Made by a program: the position numbers and the translations under genes. A stretch of 61,050 bases of DNA from a virus (lineage: Duplodnaviria > Caudoviricetes): positions 1-61,050 of IMG/VR virus record IMGVR_UViG_3300032288_004306; one strand, given 5' to 3'. A model generated the notes under the pieces. It searched no databases, was not told the origin of the DNA, and saw only the letters and a program-made list of their open reading frames with translations. Every line of letters begins with the position of its first letter. Position 1 is the first letter of the stretch. Of the stretch, positions 48,180 to 59,809 are shown piece after piece.

Positions 48180-48515
48180 ATGGCTCAGTTTATAGAATTA
48201 GAACTCGATCAAGGATCGGATTTTAACTACGATCTAGATCTTTCCGATGATGATGGAGTTGCCATTAACGTCACTAATTTTACATTCACATCTTCTATTC
48301 GAAAGTCTTATTATTCTACTAATCCAGTAGCCAATTTAACCGTTACCGTTCTAAATGCTGCGAACGGTAATGTATTTTTTACTTTAAATGCAGCGACGAC
48401 GGCTAATATTAAAGCTGGTCGCTATCTTTTTGACGTGAAGCAAGTTGATAATGTGAACACTACTACTCGCCTTATTGAAGGCATTATCACAGTTAATCCG
48501 CAGGTTACGAAATGA
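48180..48515 (+). CDS. Small virion protein (BppU-N-like fibre attachment domain)
   Basis: L.LDQG.DF, IRKSY.S, L.A..TA.IKAGRY.FDV, R..EG.ITV.P.VT. Confidence 0.7.
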   Translation: MAQFIELELDQGSDFNYDLDLSDDDGVAINVTNFTFTSSIRKSYYSTNPVANLTVTVLNAANGNVFFTLNAATTANIKAGRYLFDVKQVDNVNTTTRLIEGIITVNPQVTK

Positions 48516-51500
48516 CTATACTTCGCGTCTCCACAGGTCGTGGTTCTCAAGGTTTAACGGGTCCACAAGGTCCATCTGGTCCTGCTGGCATTAATGGTCC
48601 ACAGGGTCCACAGGGTCCATCTGGTCCTGCTGGTGGTCCACAAGGACCAACTGGTGCTACTGGTCCACAAGGTCCGCAAGGCGTAATAGGTAACACTGGT
48701 CCACAAGGTCCGCAAGGCGTAACAGGTAACACTGGTCCACAAGGTCCACAAGGTCCATCTGGTCCAGCTGGTGGTCCTCAAGGTCCACAAGGTGTAACTG
48801 GTCCTCAAGGTCCACAAGGCGTAACTGGTCCACAAGGTCCACAAGGTCCGCAAGGTCCACAGGGTTCTACTGGACCTCAAGGTCCGCAAGGTCCTCAAGG
48901 TCCACAAGGCGTAACTGGTCCGCAAGGTCCACAGGGTTCTACTGGTCCTCAAGGTCCGCAAGGTCCATCTGGAACTGCTGGTGACAGATACGCCACAACC
49001 AGCTCAACAGCTGCAACAATATCTCATCCAGCAACATTTACATTCACAATTGCTCCATCATTAGCATATAGTATATCTCAAACCGTTAGAGTGGCACATA
49101 ATGCCAACAATTACATAGAGGGTATTGTTGTCTCATATGCATCTGGTAATGGTCAATTAATTGTAGATTCAACATCAGCAACTGGCAGCGGCACATACGG
49201 TACATGGGCTGTAAACCTTGCTGGTGCTACTGGATCCCCTGGTCCACAAGGTCCACAGGGATCACAAGGTTCAACTGGTCCACAAGGTCCACAAGGTCCA
49301 CAAGGTCCATCTGGTGCTCAGGGTGATACTGGTGCAACGGGTGCAGCTGGTCCACAAGGTCCACAAGGTGTTGTTGGTAATGCTGGTCCACAAGGTCCAC
49401 AAGGTCCACAAGGTCCACAGGGTCCACAAGGTGGTATTGGTTCAACTGGTGAAGTTGGTCCACAAGGTCCACAAGGTCCACAGGGTCCGCAGGGTTCTAC
49501 TGGTCCACAAGGTCCACAAGGTGTTCTTGGTCCACAAGGTCCACAAGGTCCAGGCGCAAGTGATGCATATGCTCAAGCCAATGCTGCATATGCACGCGCA
49601 AATTCGCTCACGATTCAAGAAGTTTATGCAAGTAATGGTAACGTTGTAAATTCATATTCAAACGTTAACACTATTCAATTTGATAACGATGCTGGATTCA
49701 ATGTAATTGACGAAGCAAATGGTATCGTTTCCATTCAAATGAACAGTACGTTCAAGACATGGAATATTAATGGTGCTCCTGGTCTTGTTGCTTCTGGTCT
49801 TGATACAGTAAACTTTATCGGTCAGGGAATTACTATTGAAGCCAATAATAATTCTTCTCCAAAATCAATCACGTTTACTTCTGCAGCACTTGATGCATAC
49901 ACCACTGGCAATAATTCATATGCTCAAGCCAATGCTGCTCGTAATCAAGCAAACACTGCTCGTGATACTGCGAATGGTGCATATTCTCAAGCCAATGGTG
50001 CATATGCACAGGCTAATGGTGCATATGCTCAAGCAAATACTGGAATTGAATCTGCAAACGGCGCATACGCTCAAGCGAACGGTGCCTATGCTCAAGCAAA
50101 TATTGCTTATGGTCAAGCCAATGACGCATATAGCCAAGCAAATACGGCTCGTGGACAGGCTAACACTGCACGCGATCAGGCTAACACTGCTTATGCTCAA
50201 GCAAATGCTGCTTACGCCGATGCAAATACTCGCGTCTTGAAGGCTGGTGATACAATGACTGGCAACTTAAATGTTGCTGCTACATTGATCACACAAAATG
50301 TCATTCCAAATCTAAACGTCACATATGATCTTGGTACACCAACTCAGCGTTTCAAAGATATCTGGTTATCAAATTCAACCATTTATCTTGGTAATGCTCA
50401 AATCACAACGTTGGAAGATGGACAAACAATTCAAATTCAAACATTGAATGTAAGCACTCTTGAAACTGCAAGTGGCATTAACATTGCTTCTCAGGCAGCT
50501 GATGCTTACACTCAAGCCAACAATGCACGTGAACAGGCTAACTCTGCTCGTGGTCAAGCCAATGCAGCATATGCAGAAGCCAATCTGAAGTTTAATTCAG
50601 CTGGTGGCACAGTAACTGGCAACGTTGCAATCACCCAAAACTTATCATCAAATGGTACAGTTGTCGTTCTTAACGATCCAGTTGTAACTATCGGTATTGC
50701 AAATCTTGCATCAAATGATAACAGAGATCGCGGCTTCGACTTCAAGTATTGGGATACTGAAGAAAGAAGAGGCTTCATTGGTTGGGATAACAGTCTAAAT
50801 GCTCTCACTGGTTACGTTCATGCAACGGAAAACAATGAAGCATTTGGTGGTAATCGTATCAATGCACGATTCCTCAATGTTACGACTGATGATAGACTCA
50901 CAGCTGCAAATGCTAACATAACAACAGCAAATATCACAACTCTTGTTACAAATGGAGCAACAGCGCAGTCAATCACTCTTGGTTCACTTAATGTTGAAAC
51001 ATGGGTTGGTGACTCATACGCTCAAGCCAATGCGGCTCGTGGTCAAGCAAATACAGCACGTGACCAAGCGAATGCTGCTTATGCTGACTCAAATACGAGA
51101 GTATTGAAGGCTGGCGATACTATGACAGGAAACCTTGTCATGAGTGGTGCAACGCTCAATGCTAACATTGCTCATATTTCTACAATTAGAACAGCAAATG
51201 CTCTTTCACTTGAAACGACGGCTGCTCAAAATGTTCTTGTTAAGACAAACGGCAATGAAGTTGTTCGTGTAACGACTGCTAACCAAGTGTTTGTTGGTAC
51301 AAATGCTGCAGCAGTAATTGCTCAACTTGGACTCACTGCTGCAAATGGATATAATGTTCCACTCGCTGCTGTTGATTCTGCAAATAATGGCGTTGAAGTT
51401 ACTGTAATTAATAAGAACACTGGAACTCTTGCATATGCTGAGTTCAATGCGAAAAACGACGAAACACCAAACGGTGAATCTGGATGGATTTCTGTTGGTA

Positions 51501-54500
51501 TTAATAGTGCCAACTACGATGATCCTGACTACACTGTAACTGGTCCAGACGATGGTTACATTCTATATGAAGCCGCCACTGGTTCTGGTGCAAATGGCGA
51601 CTTGATTGTTGGTACTGGCACAAACGGTACAAATAATAAGATCACTTTTGTTGCTGGTGGATTCGGTCGCGAAGATGCTCAATTGATCATCAGCCCACAA
51701 GCACTTAAGAGAGCAGACATTCAAGGTCGTTCGTTGACGTCAAATGTCGCAACGATTCATACTGTTGGTGCTCATACGTTTATTGCAAATGATCAAGTAA
51801 CAATCAGTGGCGTAAGTGCTCCATTCAATGGAACGTTTACAGTAACTGGTGCTCCAACATCGAATACGTTTACATATAACCTTACAAGCACGAATGCATC
51901 ATTTGCTTCAGTTGATCCTGTTGGTAAGGCAGTGCAGTTTGTTGTGTTTAACAGAGGCACTGTTGAGATTCCATCTCAATTGCTTGCTGGTGAAAATGCA
52001 CTCTCAACGCTAATTGATGCAGGTATTGACCTTGCAAATAACTTTGCTGTTGCTGCAGCAGCAGTGGTGGACTATAATGGTCCTGGCGAAACTGTCATGT
52101 TCAACAAGAGCAATGGCTCTCTTGCATACTCTGAGTTCAATGCTCGAAACTCTGAAGCCAACTCTGAACATGGTTGGATTTCTCTTGGTATTAACTCACC
52201 AACCTATAATGATCCATCATTCCCAATCACGAAAGGTGATGATGGTTATCTTCTATACGAAGCACCATTTGGAACAAATAATAGTGGTGACTTGATTATC
52301 GGCACTGGTGTACACGGTCAAAATAATCGTATCATCTTTGCTGCTCAAGGTTTCGACGAAGCCAATGCTCAGATGTCTATCACACCAGACTCGTCAGTGC
52401 GAATTAGAATTAACACTGATTCGACAAGTGCAAACACTGGCGCTCTTACAGTTGATGGTGGTATCGGTATCCTTGGTTCAATGTATATCCAAGGTAATCA
52501 AACAATTCAAGGTGACTTGATTGTTAACGGTACGCAGATCATTCAATCTGTACAAAGCCTCGTTGCTGAAGGTCCAATTTCTCTCGTTGGTAATGATACA
52601 GTTGGAGATACATGGGACTCTGGCGTTGTTGCAGCATATGCTCTATCCAAGACACCAGAAACAGCAAGTATCAATAATAAAGCACTTACAAATAACATTG
52701 TAACACTCACAACAACGTTGAATCATACCTTCGAAGTTGAAGATCTTGTTACAGTTGCAAACGTTGATGCAACATTCGACGGAACATATCGAATCACCAA
52801 CGTAACTGCAAATACGTTCTCATACTACAAACTTGCATCAAACGTTGCATCACAAGCTGATACTGGTGATGCAACAGTCAATAAGAGAATGTACTATGAA
52901 GGTGTTGTCAAGAATGTCAATACCAACTACTGGAACTTCTTCTCAGGTCTACAAACTCGCCCAGAGTTCAATGTTGACTGGAACGATGCAAATCTAGCAT
53001 TCGACGGTATCGTTGCTGGTGCTGCTGACTTCAAGGGTTCATTGAAGTTTGGTACAACAACAAATCAAGTGACATTGAACTATACTGATACAAACAATCG
53101 TACATTGACTGTTCCAGCATTGGGTGGCAATAGAACGTTCGCGTTTATCAATGAAGTTCAAACATTCACTGGTAATCAAACGTTCAGCGATAACGTAACT
53201 GCTCGCAAGATTATTGTCACTGGCGATAATGTTGATGGCACTGGTATGTTCTTACCAACTGCTGCAACTCTCGGCTTCTCAGTCGATGGTGTTGAGCGTG
53301 TAAGATTTGCCACTGGTGAAGCAGTAATCAACGAGAACTCGCAAGATTATAACTTCCGCGTCGAAACAAATAATGATGCTCATGCATTGTTTGTTGATGG
53401 TGGTACTGACAACGTTGGTGTTGGTTTAGACGGACCAACTTCGAAGTTCCACGTTGTTGGTAATGCAAACATTACTCTTGGTATCGTAACTGGTGCTGGT
53501 GTAAATGCTGCAACTGTCAACGCAACAACGTTGAACGCCGCAACACTTATCACGAATGCTGGTATCAACGTAACGGCTCAAGCTGCTGATGCTTATGGTC
53601 AAGCAAACTCTGCTCGCGATCAAGCCAATACAGCATACGGTCAAGCCAACGACGCATATAGTCAAGCAAACACGGCTCGTAACCAAGCCAACAGTGCTTA
53701 CGGTGCAGCAAATAATCGTGTGTTGAAGGCTGGCGATGTTATGACTGGCACTCTCAACGTCAACTTTGCTGGCGTTGGATTGAATGTTAACACTGATGCA
53801 GTATTCGGAAACACGATTGCAGTTGGCTCTGGTGCGCAAATTAGCCTACCAAATCTAGTTGCTCAGTTTACGTCAAATCAAAATGGCTATAGCCAAATTA
53901 ACTTTACAAATCAAAATGCTGGAACAAATGCTTCTGGTGATGTGGTTGTAACTGCTGATGATGGTAGTGATACCGCATACTACATTGATATGGGTCTCAA
54001 CAGCAGCGGATTTAACGATCCAACATATGCGATTATGAAGGCTCACGATGGTTATGTGTATATCAACGGCGGCAACCTCGTCATGGGTACTTCTACCTCT
54101 GGCGATGACGTGGTTCTCTTTGCTGGTGGCACTGGTGCAGCCAACGAAGGATTGCGTGTATTCTCTAACGGTGATATAAATGTAAGCAAGACATTGTGGG
54201 TTGGTGGAAATAATATTTCTGCTAAACTCAATGCTGCATACGGTCAAGCCAATAGTGCTTATGATGCTGCAAATAATGCCAAGGTTACAGTTTATGCCAA
54301 TAGCGATTCAGGCGTAACAACTCAAGCAATCAACTTTGTAAATACATCTTCAGTTCTTGTGGCTGTTGCAAACAGTGGCGGTAATTCTAATGTCACTCTA
54401 ACGCTTGCTGGAACACCATACGATCAAGCCAATGCTGCTAGATTGCAAGCGAATACTGCTCGTGGAACTGCTAATGATGCATATGGTCAAGCAAATGCTG

Positions 54501-55930
54501 CTTATGGTCAATCAAACACGGCACGTGATACCGCAAATGCTGCTTACGCTCAAGCCAATTCAGACTATCAACCAGCAGTAACTGAACTTGCTGTTACGAA
54601 CAATGGCACAACAGCATATCGATTTGATCAATACGGTGCTACAACAGACGATCCAACGATCTATGTTCGTGCTGGCGAAACAATTGCATTTAATCTAAAC
54701 AATGCTGGTCACCCATTTGCAATTCGTGTTTCGAATGGCGGTTCAAACTATGATACAGGGTTGACGCACGTTGCAACAGATGGCACAGTAAGCACTGGCT
54801 CGAGTGCGCAAGGGAAAGTCGCTGGTAAACTTTACTGGAAGGTTCCTTTTGAACTTGGTGGAAACACTTATGTTTATCAATGCACTTCACACGCTGGAAT
54901 GGTTGGTAACATTGTCATTGAAACTGACAGTACTGTCATTTATGCCCAAGCAAATACTGCTCGCGACCAAGCCAATAGTGCTCGTGGACAGGCTAATGCT
55001 GCGTTTGCTCGCGCTAACCTTGTTTATACTCAAGCAAATAATGCATACGCCCAAGCAAACTTGGTTTATGGTGTTGCTAACGATGCATACGGACAAGCAA
55101 ATGCAGCTTACACTGCAGCAAATAATGCCAAGGTGACTGTATTTGCGAATAGCGGCGCAGCAAATGCAACAACACAAACAATCAATTTTGTGAACACATC
55201 GTCAATCCTTGTGACTGTTGCAAATACTGCAGGCAATGCTAATATTACATTGTCAATCATTGGTACTCCATATGATCAGGCAAATGCTGCTCGTGGTCAA
55301 GCAAATACAGCATATGGACAAGCCAACGACGCATATGGTCAAGCAAACACTGCCAGAACTCAAGCAAACACTGCTCGCGACCAAGCAAATACTGCTTATG
55401 ACCAAGCAAACACTGCCAGAACTCAAGCAAACACTGCTCGCGATCAAGCCAATACTGCTCGTGACACAGCCAATGCTGCATATGGTGCTGCGAACACTGC
55501 GGGTACAAATGCACTAGCTGCTTATGGTCAAGCAAACGCTGCATATGCTCGCGCTAATACTATTATCGATGGTACTGTTGCGATTAAGACGTTGTCGATG
55601 ACACAAAACCTCATCGCTGATACTGGAGCAACTGGCACAGAAATTGTCAACTTGTCTCTAGGCGACGTCTTTAGATTTGTCTTGGTTGGTGGAACGACAT
55701 TTACCTTCAATAATGCGCCAAGTTCTGGAACAGCGAAGTCTGTGTCTCTATTGGTGCAGCAGGATGCTACTGGTGGTCGCACAGTTTCTTGGGGTAATAC
55801 AATCTACTGGGCTGGTGGTTCTGCGCCTCCAGCAACGACAACAGCAAATGCTCGTGACTTGTATACCTTCATCACCTTTGATGGTGGCAGCACGTTCTGG
55901 GGCACATTGTCTATCAAGGACGCTAGATAA
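48512..55930 (+). CDS. Giant multidomain fibre: collagen (GPQ)n, heptad coiled-coil repeats, duplicated beta domains, cupredoxin-like domain, C-terminal adaptor-type domain
   Basis: GPQ triplet blocks at about 48540-48980 and 49220-49555; A(Y/R)xQANx heptads; two or three copies of a N.G..A..EF..GWIS.GINS..Y.DP...DGY domain; HPF...CTSHAGM. Confidence 0.82.
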   Translation: MTILRVSTGRGSQGLTGPQGPSGPAGINGPQGPQGPSGPAGGPQGPTGATGPQGPQGVIGNTGPQGPQGVTGNTGPQGPQGPSGPAGGPQGPQGVTGPQGPQGVTGPQGPQGPQGPQGSTGPQGPQGPQGPQGVTGPQGPQGSTGPQGPQGPSGTAGDRYATTSSTAATISHPATFTFTIAPSLAYSISQTVRVAHNANNYIEGIVVSYASGNGQLIVDSTSATGSGTYGTWAVNLAGATGSPGPQGPQGSQGSTGPQGPQGPQGPSGAQGDTGATGAAGPQGPQGVVGNAGPQGPQGPQGPQGPQGGIGSTGEVGPQGPQGPQGPQGSTGPQGPQGVLGPQGPQGPGASDAYAQANAAYARANSLTIQEVYASNGNVVNSYSNVNTIQFDNDAGFNVIDEANGIVSIQMNSTFKTWNINGAPGLVASGLDTVNFIGQGITIEANNNSSPKSITFTSAALDAYTTGNNSYAQANAARNQANTARDTANGAYSQANGAYAQANGAYAQANTGIESANGAYAQANGAYAQANIAYGQANDAYSQANTARGQANTARDQANTAYAQANAAYADANTRVLKAGDTMTGNLNVAATLITQNVIPNLNVTYDLGTPTQRFKDIWLSNSTIYLGNAQITTLEDGQTIQIQTLNVSTLETASGINIASQAADAYTQANNAREQANSARGQANAAYAEANLKFNSAGGTVTGNVAITQNLSSNGTVVVLNDPVVTIGIANLASNDNRDRGFDFKYWDTEERRGFIGWDNSLNALTGYVHATENNEAFGGNRINARFLNVTTDDRLTAANANITTANITTLVTNGATAQSITLGSLNVETWVGDSYAQANAARGQANTARDQANAAYADSNTRVLKAGDTMTGNLVMSGATLNANIAHISTIRTANALSLETTAAQNVLVKTNGNEVVRVTTANQVFVGTNAAAVIAQLGLTAANGYNVPLAAVDSANNGVEVTVINKNTGTLAYAEFNAKNDETPNGESGWISVGINSANYDDPDYTVTGPDDGYILYEAATGSGANGDLIVGTGTNGTNNKITFVAGGFGREDAQLIISPQALKRADIQGRSLTSNVATIHTVGAHTFIANDQVTISGVSAPFNGTFTVTGAPTSNTFTYNLTSTNASFASVDPVGKAVQFVVFNRGTVEIPSQLLAGENALSTLIDAGIDLANNFAVAAAAVVDYNGPGETVMFNKSNGSLAYSEFNARNSEANSEHGWISLGINSPTYNDPSFPITKGDDGYLLYEAPFGTNNSGDLIIGTGVHGQNNRIIFAAQGFDEANAQMSITPDSSVRIRINTDSTSANTGALTVDGGIGILGSMYIQGNQTIQGDLIVNGTQIIQSVQSLVAEGPISLVGNDTVGDTWDSGVVAAYALSKTPETASINNKALTNNIVTLTTTLNHTFEVEDLVTVANVDATFDGTYRITNVTANTFSYYKLASNVASQADTGDATVNKRMYYEGVVKNVNTNYWNFFSGLQTRPEFNVDWNDANLAFDGIVAGAADFKGSLKFGTTTNQVTLNYTDTNNRTLTVPALGGNRTFAFINEVQTFTGNQTFSDNVTARKIIVTGDNVDGTGMFLPTAATLGFSVDGVERVRFATGEAVINENSQDYNFRVETNNDAHALFVDGGTDNVGVGLDGPTSKFHVVGNANITLGIVTGAGVNAATVNATTLNAATLITNAGINVTAQAADAYGQANSARDQANTAYGQANDAYSQANTARNQANSAYGAANNRVLKAGDVMTGTLNVNFAGVGLNVNTDAVFGNTIAVGSGAQISLPNLVAQFTSNQNGYSQINFTNQNAGTNASGDVVVTADDGSDTAYYIDMGLNSSGFNDPTYAIMKAHDGYVYINGGNLVMGTSTSGDDVVLFAGGTGAANEGLRVFSNGDINVSKTLWVGGNNISAKLNAAYGQANSAYDAANNAKVTVYANSDSGVTTQAINFVNTSSVLVAVANSGGNSNVTLTLAGTPYDQANAARLQANTARGTANDAYGQANAAYGQSNTARDTANAAYAQANSDYQPAVTELAVTNNGTTAYRFDQYGATTDDPTIYVRAGETIAFNLNNAGHPFAIRVSNGGSNYDTGLTHVATDGTVSTGSSAQGKVAGKLYWKVPFELGGNTYVYQCTSHAGMVGNIVIETDSTVIYAQANTARDQANSARGQANAAFARANLVYTQANNAYAQANLVYGVANDAYGQANAAYTAANNAKVTVFANSGAANATTQTINFVNTSSILVTVANTAGNANITLSIIGTPYDQANAARGQANTAYGQANDAYGQANTARTQANTARDQANTAYDQANTARTQANTARDQANTARDTANAAYGAANTAGTNALAAYGQANAAYARANTIIDGTVAIKTLSMTQNLIADTGATGTEIVNLSLGDVFRFVLVGGTTFTFNNAPSSGTAKSVSLLVQQDATGGRTVSWGNTIYWAGGSAPPATTTANARDLYTFITFDGGSTFWGTLSIKDAR

Positions 55931-55951
55931 TAGAGTCTAGCGTCTCTTTTT
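55919..55951 (+). terminator. Probable intrinsic terminator overlapping the fibre stop codon
   Basis: GACGCTAGA-N8-TCTAGCGTC followed by TCTTTTT. Confidence 0.6.
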
Positions 55952-55960
55952 GAGTTTGTT

Positions 55961-56962
55961 ATGAAATTACATGTATTGGTCAATCCAAGAAACCCTACAG
56001 GTTTAATGAACCGCATTGACCCCTTTGCGGTTCATGCCTACAAATACATCAAACATCTTTTACCATATTATGACATAGTTCATTATGGTGTAGAAGGTGC
56101 ACAAGTAGATTGTGAACATGTAAATGTTCCAGATATTAATGGGATTGACACTATTGCATTTAATAGAGCTGCTGGCGAAGAAATTGCAAAAAGAAAATCG
56201 CCCAATGATTTGATTATCAGTTTTTTTGGTAAAGATAATCAGCTTGCTTGCGATATGAACCCTGATTGTAAGGTTGTTGAGCCTTCAATTGGTTATCGTG
56301 CCAATGGAGTTTTTGCTCCATATCGTGTATTCACTTCATATGCAAATATGCATTATTTCTATGGTGAGCGCGGAATGCTCATGAACCCTTCGTGGTTTGA
56401 TGCTGTGATACCAAACCCATTTACTATTTCTGAATTTGAATACTCTGATATAAAAGATGATTATTATTTGTATCTTGGTCGCGTTGTAGAAGAAAAGGGA
56501 ATTCATCTTGCCATTCAAGCAACAGAAAAACTCGGAAAGAAATTGATTATTGCTGGACCAGCGCAAAATTTAAATCATCTTGGATACAAATCTATTCCAA
56601 GTCATGTACAATTAGTTGGTTATGTGAATGCTGAACAAAGAAATGAGTTGCTTAAAAATGCAAAAGCATTACTTGGTTTAACATACTATCTTGAACCATT
56701 TGGGAATATGGTTATTGAAGCCAATCTTTGCGGAACACCTGTAATTACAACTGACTGGGGCGCATTCCCAGAAATTGTAGTTGAAGGTGTGACTGGATTT
56801 AGAGTCAGAGACTTCCAATCACTATTAACTGCAATGAATAAAGTAGATTTGCTAGATTCATTTGAATGTCATGAACATGGCTTACAGTTCTCTGATGAGA
56901 ATGTGCACGAATTGCATCATCGTTATTTGCAAAAAGTGATAAAGAATTCTTTCTATGACTAG
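55961..56962 (+). CDS. GT4-family (GT-B) glycosyltransferase
   Basis: YLGRV..EKG...AI, EPFGNMVIEA..CGTPVITTDWGAFPE. Confidence 0.9.
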   Translation: MKLHVLVNPRNPTGLMNRIDPFAVHAYKYIKHLLPYYDIVHYGVEGAQVDCEHVNVPDINGIDTIAFNRAAGEEIAKRKSPNDLIISFFGKDNQLACDMNPDCKVVEPSIGYRANGVFAPYRVFTSYANMHYFYGERGMLMNPSWFDAVIPNPFTISEFEYSDIKDDYYLYLGRVVEEKGIHLAIQATEKLGKKLIIAGPAQNLNHLGYKSIPSHVQLVGYVNAEQRNELLKNAKALLGLTYYLEPFGNMVIEANLCGTPVITTDWGAFPEIVVEGVTGFRVRDFQSLLTAMNKVDLLDSFECHEHGLQFSDENVHELHHRYLQKVIKNSFYD

Positions 56963-57707
56963 CAAACTTTTTATTATACCTTCTACCATTCAAGCCAAAG
57001 AAGGAAAATTCACATACTCAAATACAAGAAGTGTATTTTCAACTGAAGAACGATTACGACAAACAATTTTTACAATCAATTCTATTCAAAACGCATACCC
57101 CAACTCTCATGTGGTTTTATTAGATTCTTCTGATGATTATCAAAATTTAAAATTAGAATTTAAACATATACCAAATTTAGATTTTATTTCAGTTAGAGAA
57201 TTATCCCCAGAGAATGCAGATGTAATTAACACACACCCGAATAAAAGTTTATGTGAATGTTTAATGATGAACACTTATTATAAACATTTTAAAAAACAAA
57301 TAAAACAATATGATTATGTGATCAAGGCTTGCGGAAGATATTTTTATTTTAACTTCTATGATCTTTTCACAGAAGAAAATAAAGAAAAAATATTTTTCAA
57401 GCACCCATTGAATTTTGAATGGAATGATAGTTGGAACTATCATTTTGTTGATTTACGAGAAATTCAAAACAATAATCGACTATATCAATATTGTACCGTA
57501 TTATTTGCTTTTGGTAGCATTCATTTAGAAAAGTTCATAGATATAAATGAATCAGTTATTCATCTATTAAAACAACCTAGTATGAGACATTATGATATTG
57601 AAACGCTATCATATTATTTGACAAGACCATACGCAAAAGATATTGTAGAAGTTGATTGGAAAGTTTGCGGTTGGGACGGAACATCTGGTCGATTTATGTA
57701 TTATTAA
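56955..57707 (+). CDS. Hypothetical protein, possibly glycosyltransferase-related
   Basis: R..QT..TI.SI, YDYVIK..GRY, D.E motifs; lies between glycosyltransferase genes. Confidence 0.45.
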   Translation: MTSKLFIIPSTIQAKEGKFTYSNTRSVFSTEERLRQTIFTINSIQNAYPNSHVVLLDSSDDYQNLKLEFKHIPNLDFISVRELSPENADVINTHPNKSLCECLMMNTYYKHFKKQIKQYDYVIKACGRYFYFNFYDLFTEENKEKIFFKHPLNFEWNDSWNYHFVDLREIQNNNRLYQYCTVLFAFGSIHLEKFIDINESVIHLLKQPSMRHYDIETLSYYLTRPYAKDIVEVDWKVCGWDGTSGRFMYY

Positions 57708-57713
57708 GAACAT

Positions 57714-58271
57714 ATGAAAACTAAACTAATTATCACAGACGATTTTTATTCGAATCCAGATGCAGTTCGATCTTATGCACTATCACAATCGTTTGAGGTT
57801 CGAGGAAACTATCCAGGACTTCGAACTAAACCATATCTTCCAGACGACGTTAAAGATGCAATTCAATACATCGTCTATAACGCTGGCGGCAAAGTAACTG
57901 ATTGGATGGAGAATTGTGGTTATACTGGCGCATTTCAAATTTGCACTGCGCAAGATAGAACTTGGATTCATGCTGACAGTTATAACACTTGGGCTGCTGT
58001 CTGTTATCTTACGCCAGATGCTCCAATTTCATCTGGAACTGCTTTATATCGTCACAAAGCCAGCGGCGACTATGAAAGAAAAGATAACTCGCAACCCCAT
58101 CTAGATGGTAATGATTATACCAAATGGGAAAAAACAGATTATGTTGCAAACAAATATAATCGAATTGTGGTGTATCGTGGTAATTTATATCATGCATCAC
58201 TAGATTATTTCGGCGATAATTATCAAAACGGTCGATTATTTCAAACTTTCTTTTTTAATACTGAATACTAA
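57714..58271 (+). CDS. DUF6445-like 2OG-Fe(II) oxygenase-fold protein
   Basis: DDFY.NPD.VR, NYPG.RT, WIHAD, A.VCYLTP.....GT..Y, NR.V.Y....YH, RL.Q.FF. Confidence 0.78.
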   Translation: MKTKLIITDDFYSNPDAVRSYALSQSFEVRGNYPGLRTKPYLPDDVKDAIQYIVYNAGGKVTDWMENCGYTGAFQICTAQDRTWIHADSYNTWAAVCYLTPDAPISSGTALYRHKASGDYERKDNSQPHLDGNDYTKWEKTDYVANKYNRIVVYRGNLYHASLDYFGDNYQNGRLFQTFFFNTEY

Positions 58272-59020
58272 TGAAAATTCTTCATGTTGTTTTTTCTTGC
58301 AATCGTTTAAAATATCTAACTCAATCTATCGATTCTTGGTGCAATTTAAATTATGGCGGGCATCAAGTAACAAGATTAATTGTTGATGATTATCCTAGAA
58401 CTCGAAATGATGCTATATTTGAGTTGCTCGGAAAAACGCACAACACTCTATTATGGAGAAACACTGAGAATTTAGGGTTGTCTGTTACCTGGTCTAATTT
58501 CTTTAATTGGCTTAAAACTCAAGATTATGATTATGTCTTACATCAAGAAGACGATGTTATTTTAAAAGGTGTAACTCGTATTGATGATATGATTGAGTGT
58601 TTAGAATCTAACCCTAAAATTGCTTCTGTTGTGTTACAAAGGCAACCATGGTACTTCACTGAAACAAAAAGTAGAATAGAACTCGACGATGTACCTTTTA
58701 AAAACTATTGGTACTCGAAAAATACTAAAACGTTCCCTATTATATTCTCTTTATATCGTAAAAATATTGTAGAGTATCCATTTCAAGAATATTGGAACTT
58801 CAATTTAAATGAGGGGATGATAATGGTCTATCTAGATCATTATCATCAAATGTATTCCGCAACTCTAAAAGGATATAATGGAGAAAATTTGATAGAGCAT
58901 ATTGGAGAGGAATCAACAGGAAAGAGAATTCTTCCTGGAGAGCCAAGATATGAATATTTCGCTCATATGGATCCTGATAAAGTATACACTTCTCGAGAAG
59001 GGAAATTGATCGAGGACTAA
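58271..59020 (+). CDS. GT2-family (GT-A) glycosyltransferase
   Basis: SCNR..YL...I.S, IVDD, NLGL, YDYVLHQEDD, HIG. Confidence 0.8.
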   Translation: MKILHVVFSCNRLKYLTQSIDSWCNLNYGGHQVTRLIVDDYPRTRNDAIFELLGKTHNTLLWRNTENLGLSVTWSNFFNWLKTQDYDYVLHQEDDVILKGVTRIDDMIECLESNPKIASVVLQRQPWYFTETKSRIELDDVPFKNYWYSKNTKTFPIIFSLYRKNIVEYPFQEYWNFNLNEGMIMVYLDHYHQMYSATLKGYNGENLIEHIGEESTGKRILPGEPRYEYFAHMDPDKVYTSREGKLIED

Positions 59021-59023
59021 ATA
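59017..59023 (+). promoter_or_regulatory. Variant late promoter (CTAAATA) before gp13
   Basis: ACTAAATA about 25 nt upstream of gp13, followed by a GAGAGG RBS. Confidence 0.5.
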
Positions 59024-59046
59024 TAGGATAATTAGAGAGGTTTTAA

Positions 59047-59808
59047 ATGGCGCAACCTTCTTCCCGCACAGAATTAAAAGACTATTGTCTCCGCAAATTG
59101 GGATTCCCAGTCGTAGATATTAACGTCGATGAAGATCAATTAGAAGATCGTATCGATGATGCATTGCAACTGTTTCAACAGTATCATTTCGATGGAACTG
59201 AAAGAACTTGGTTAGCGCATCAATTAACTGCTGGTGACATTCAGAACAAGTATATTCAGCTCGCTGATTCGATTATCGGAGTTTCGAAGGTATTTCCATA
59301 TACAGGATCGACTCAATCTTCGACTTCTTCAGCTGGATTTAACATCTTTGATATCAACTATCAGTTGCGTCTCAACGATTTTTATAATCTAACTTCTTCT
59401 TCTTACACCTATTATGTGATCGCTCGCGAGCATCTCTCAATGCTCGATATGATCATTACAGGCGAATACCCATACACCTTTAATAAGAAAACAGGTCGTC
59501 TAAATCTTCAAATCGAAATGGCGAAAAGATTTACTCCTGGAAACTATATGGTTTTCGAATGTTTTAGAATCGTCGATCAAGAAGTTTATTATAAAGTCTT
59601 CAATGACGTTTGGATTAAAGAATACACCGCTCAGTTGTTTAAGAGACAATGGGGTGAGAATCTCAAGAAATACGACAACTATGTTCTTCCTGGTGGATTG
59701 ACAATCAATGGTCAAAAGATTTGGGACGAAGCCAGCGTAGAAATTGAGAAACTAGAAGAAAAACTCCGCGACACATACGAAGAACCAGTACCATTCCTAG
59801 TGGGATAA
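59047..59808 (+). CDS. 13: Neck protein gp13
   Basis: P.SR.ELKDYCLR.LG.PV..INV..DQ.EDRIDDA, K.QWGENL.K, LPGG...NG. Confidence 0.95.
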   Translation: MAQPSSRTELKDYCLRKLGFPVVDINVDEDQLEDRIDDALQLFQQYHFDGTERTWLAHQLTAGDIQNKYIQLADSIIGVSKVFPYTGSTQSSTSSAGFNIFDINYQLRLNDFYNLTSSSYTYYVIAREHLSMLDMIITGEYPYTFNKKTGRLNLQIEMAKRFTPGNYMVFECFRIVDQEVYYKVFNDVWIKEYTAQLFKRQWGENLKKYDNYVLPGGLTINGQKIWDEASVEIEKLEEKLRDTYEEPVPFLVG

Positions 59809-59809
59809 A

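Noticed and set aside
48540-49560. GGTCCACAA tandem repeats as a CRISPR array or VNTR
   Set aside because: 9-nt in-frame GPQ collagen codons with synonymous variation; no unique spacers and no cas genes
35199-55930. Diversity-generating retroelement or invertible fibre cassette
   Set aside because: No reverse transcriptase or recombinase and no template/variable repeat pair seen; paralogous C-terminal domains are similar only at protein level
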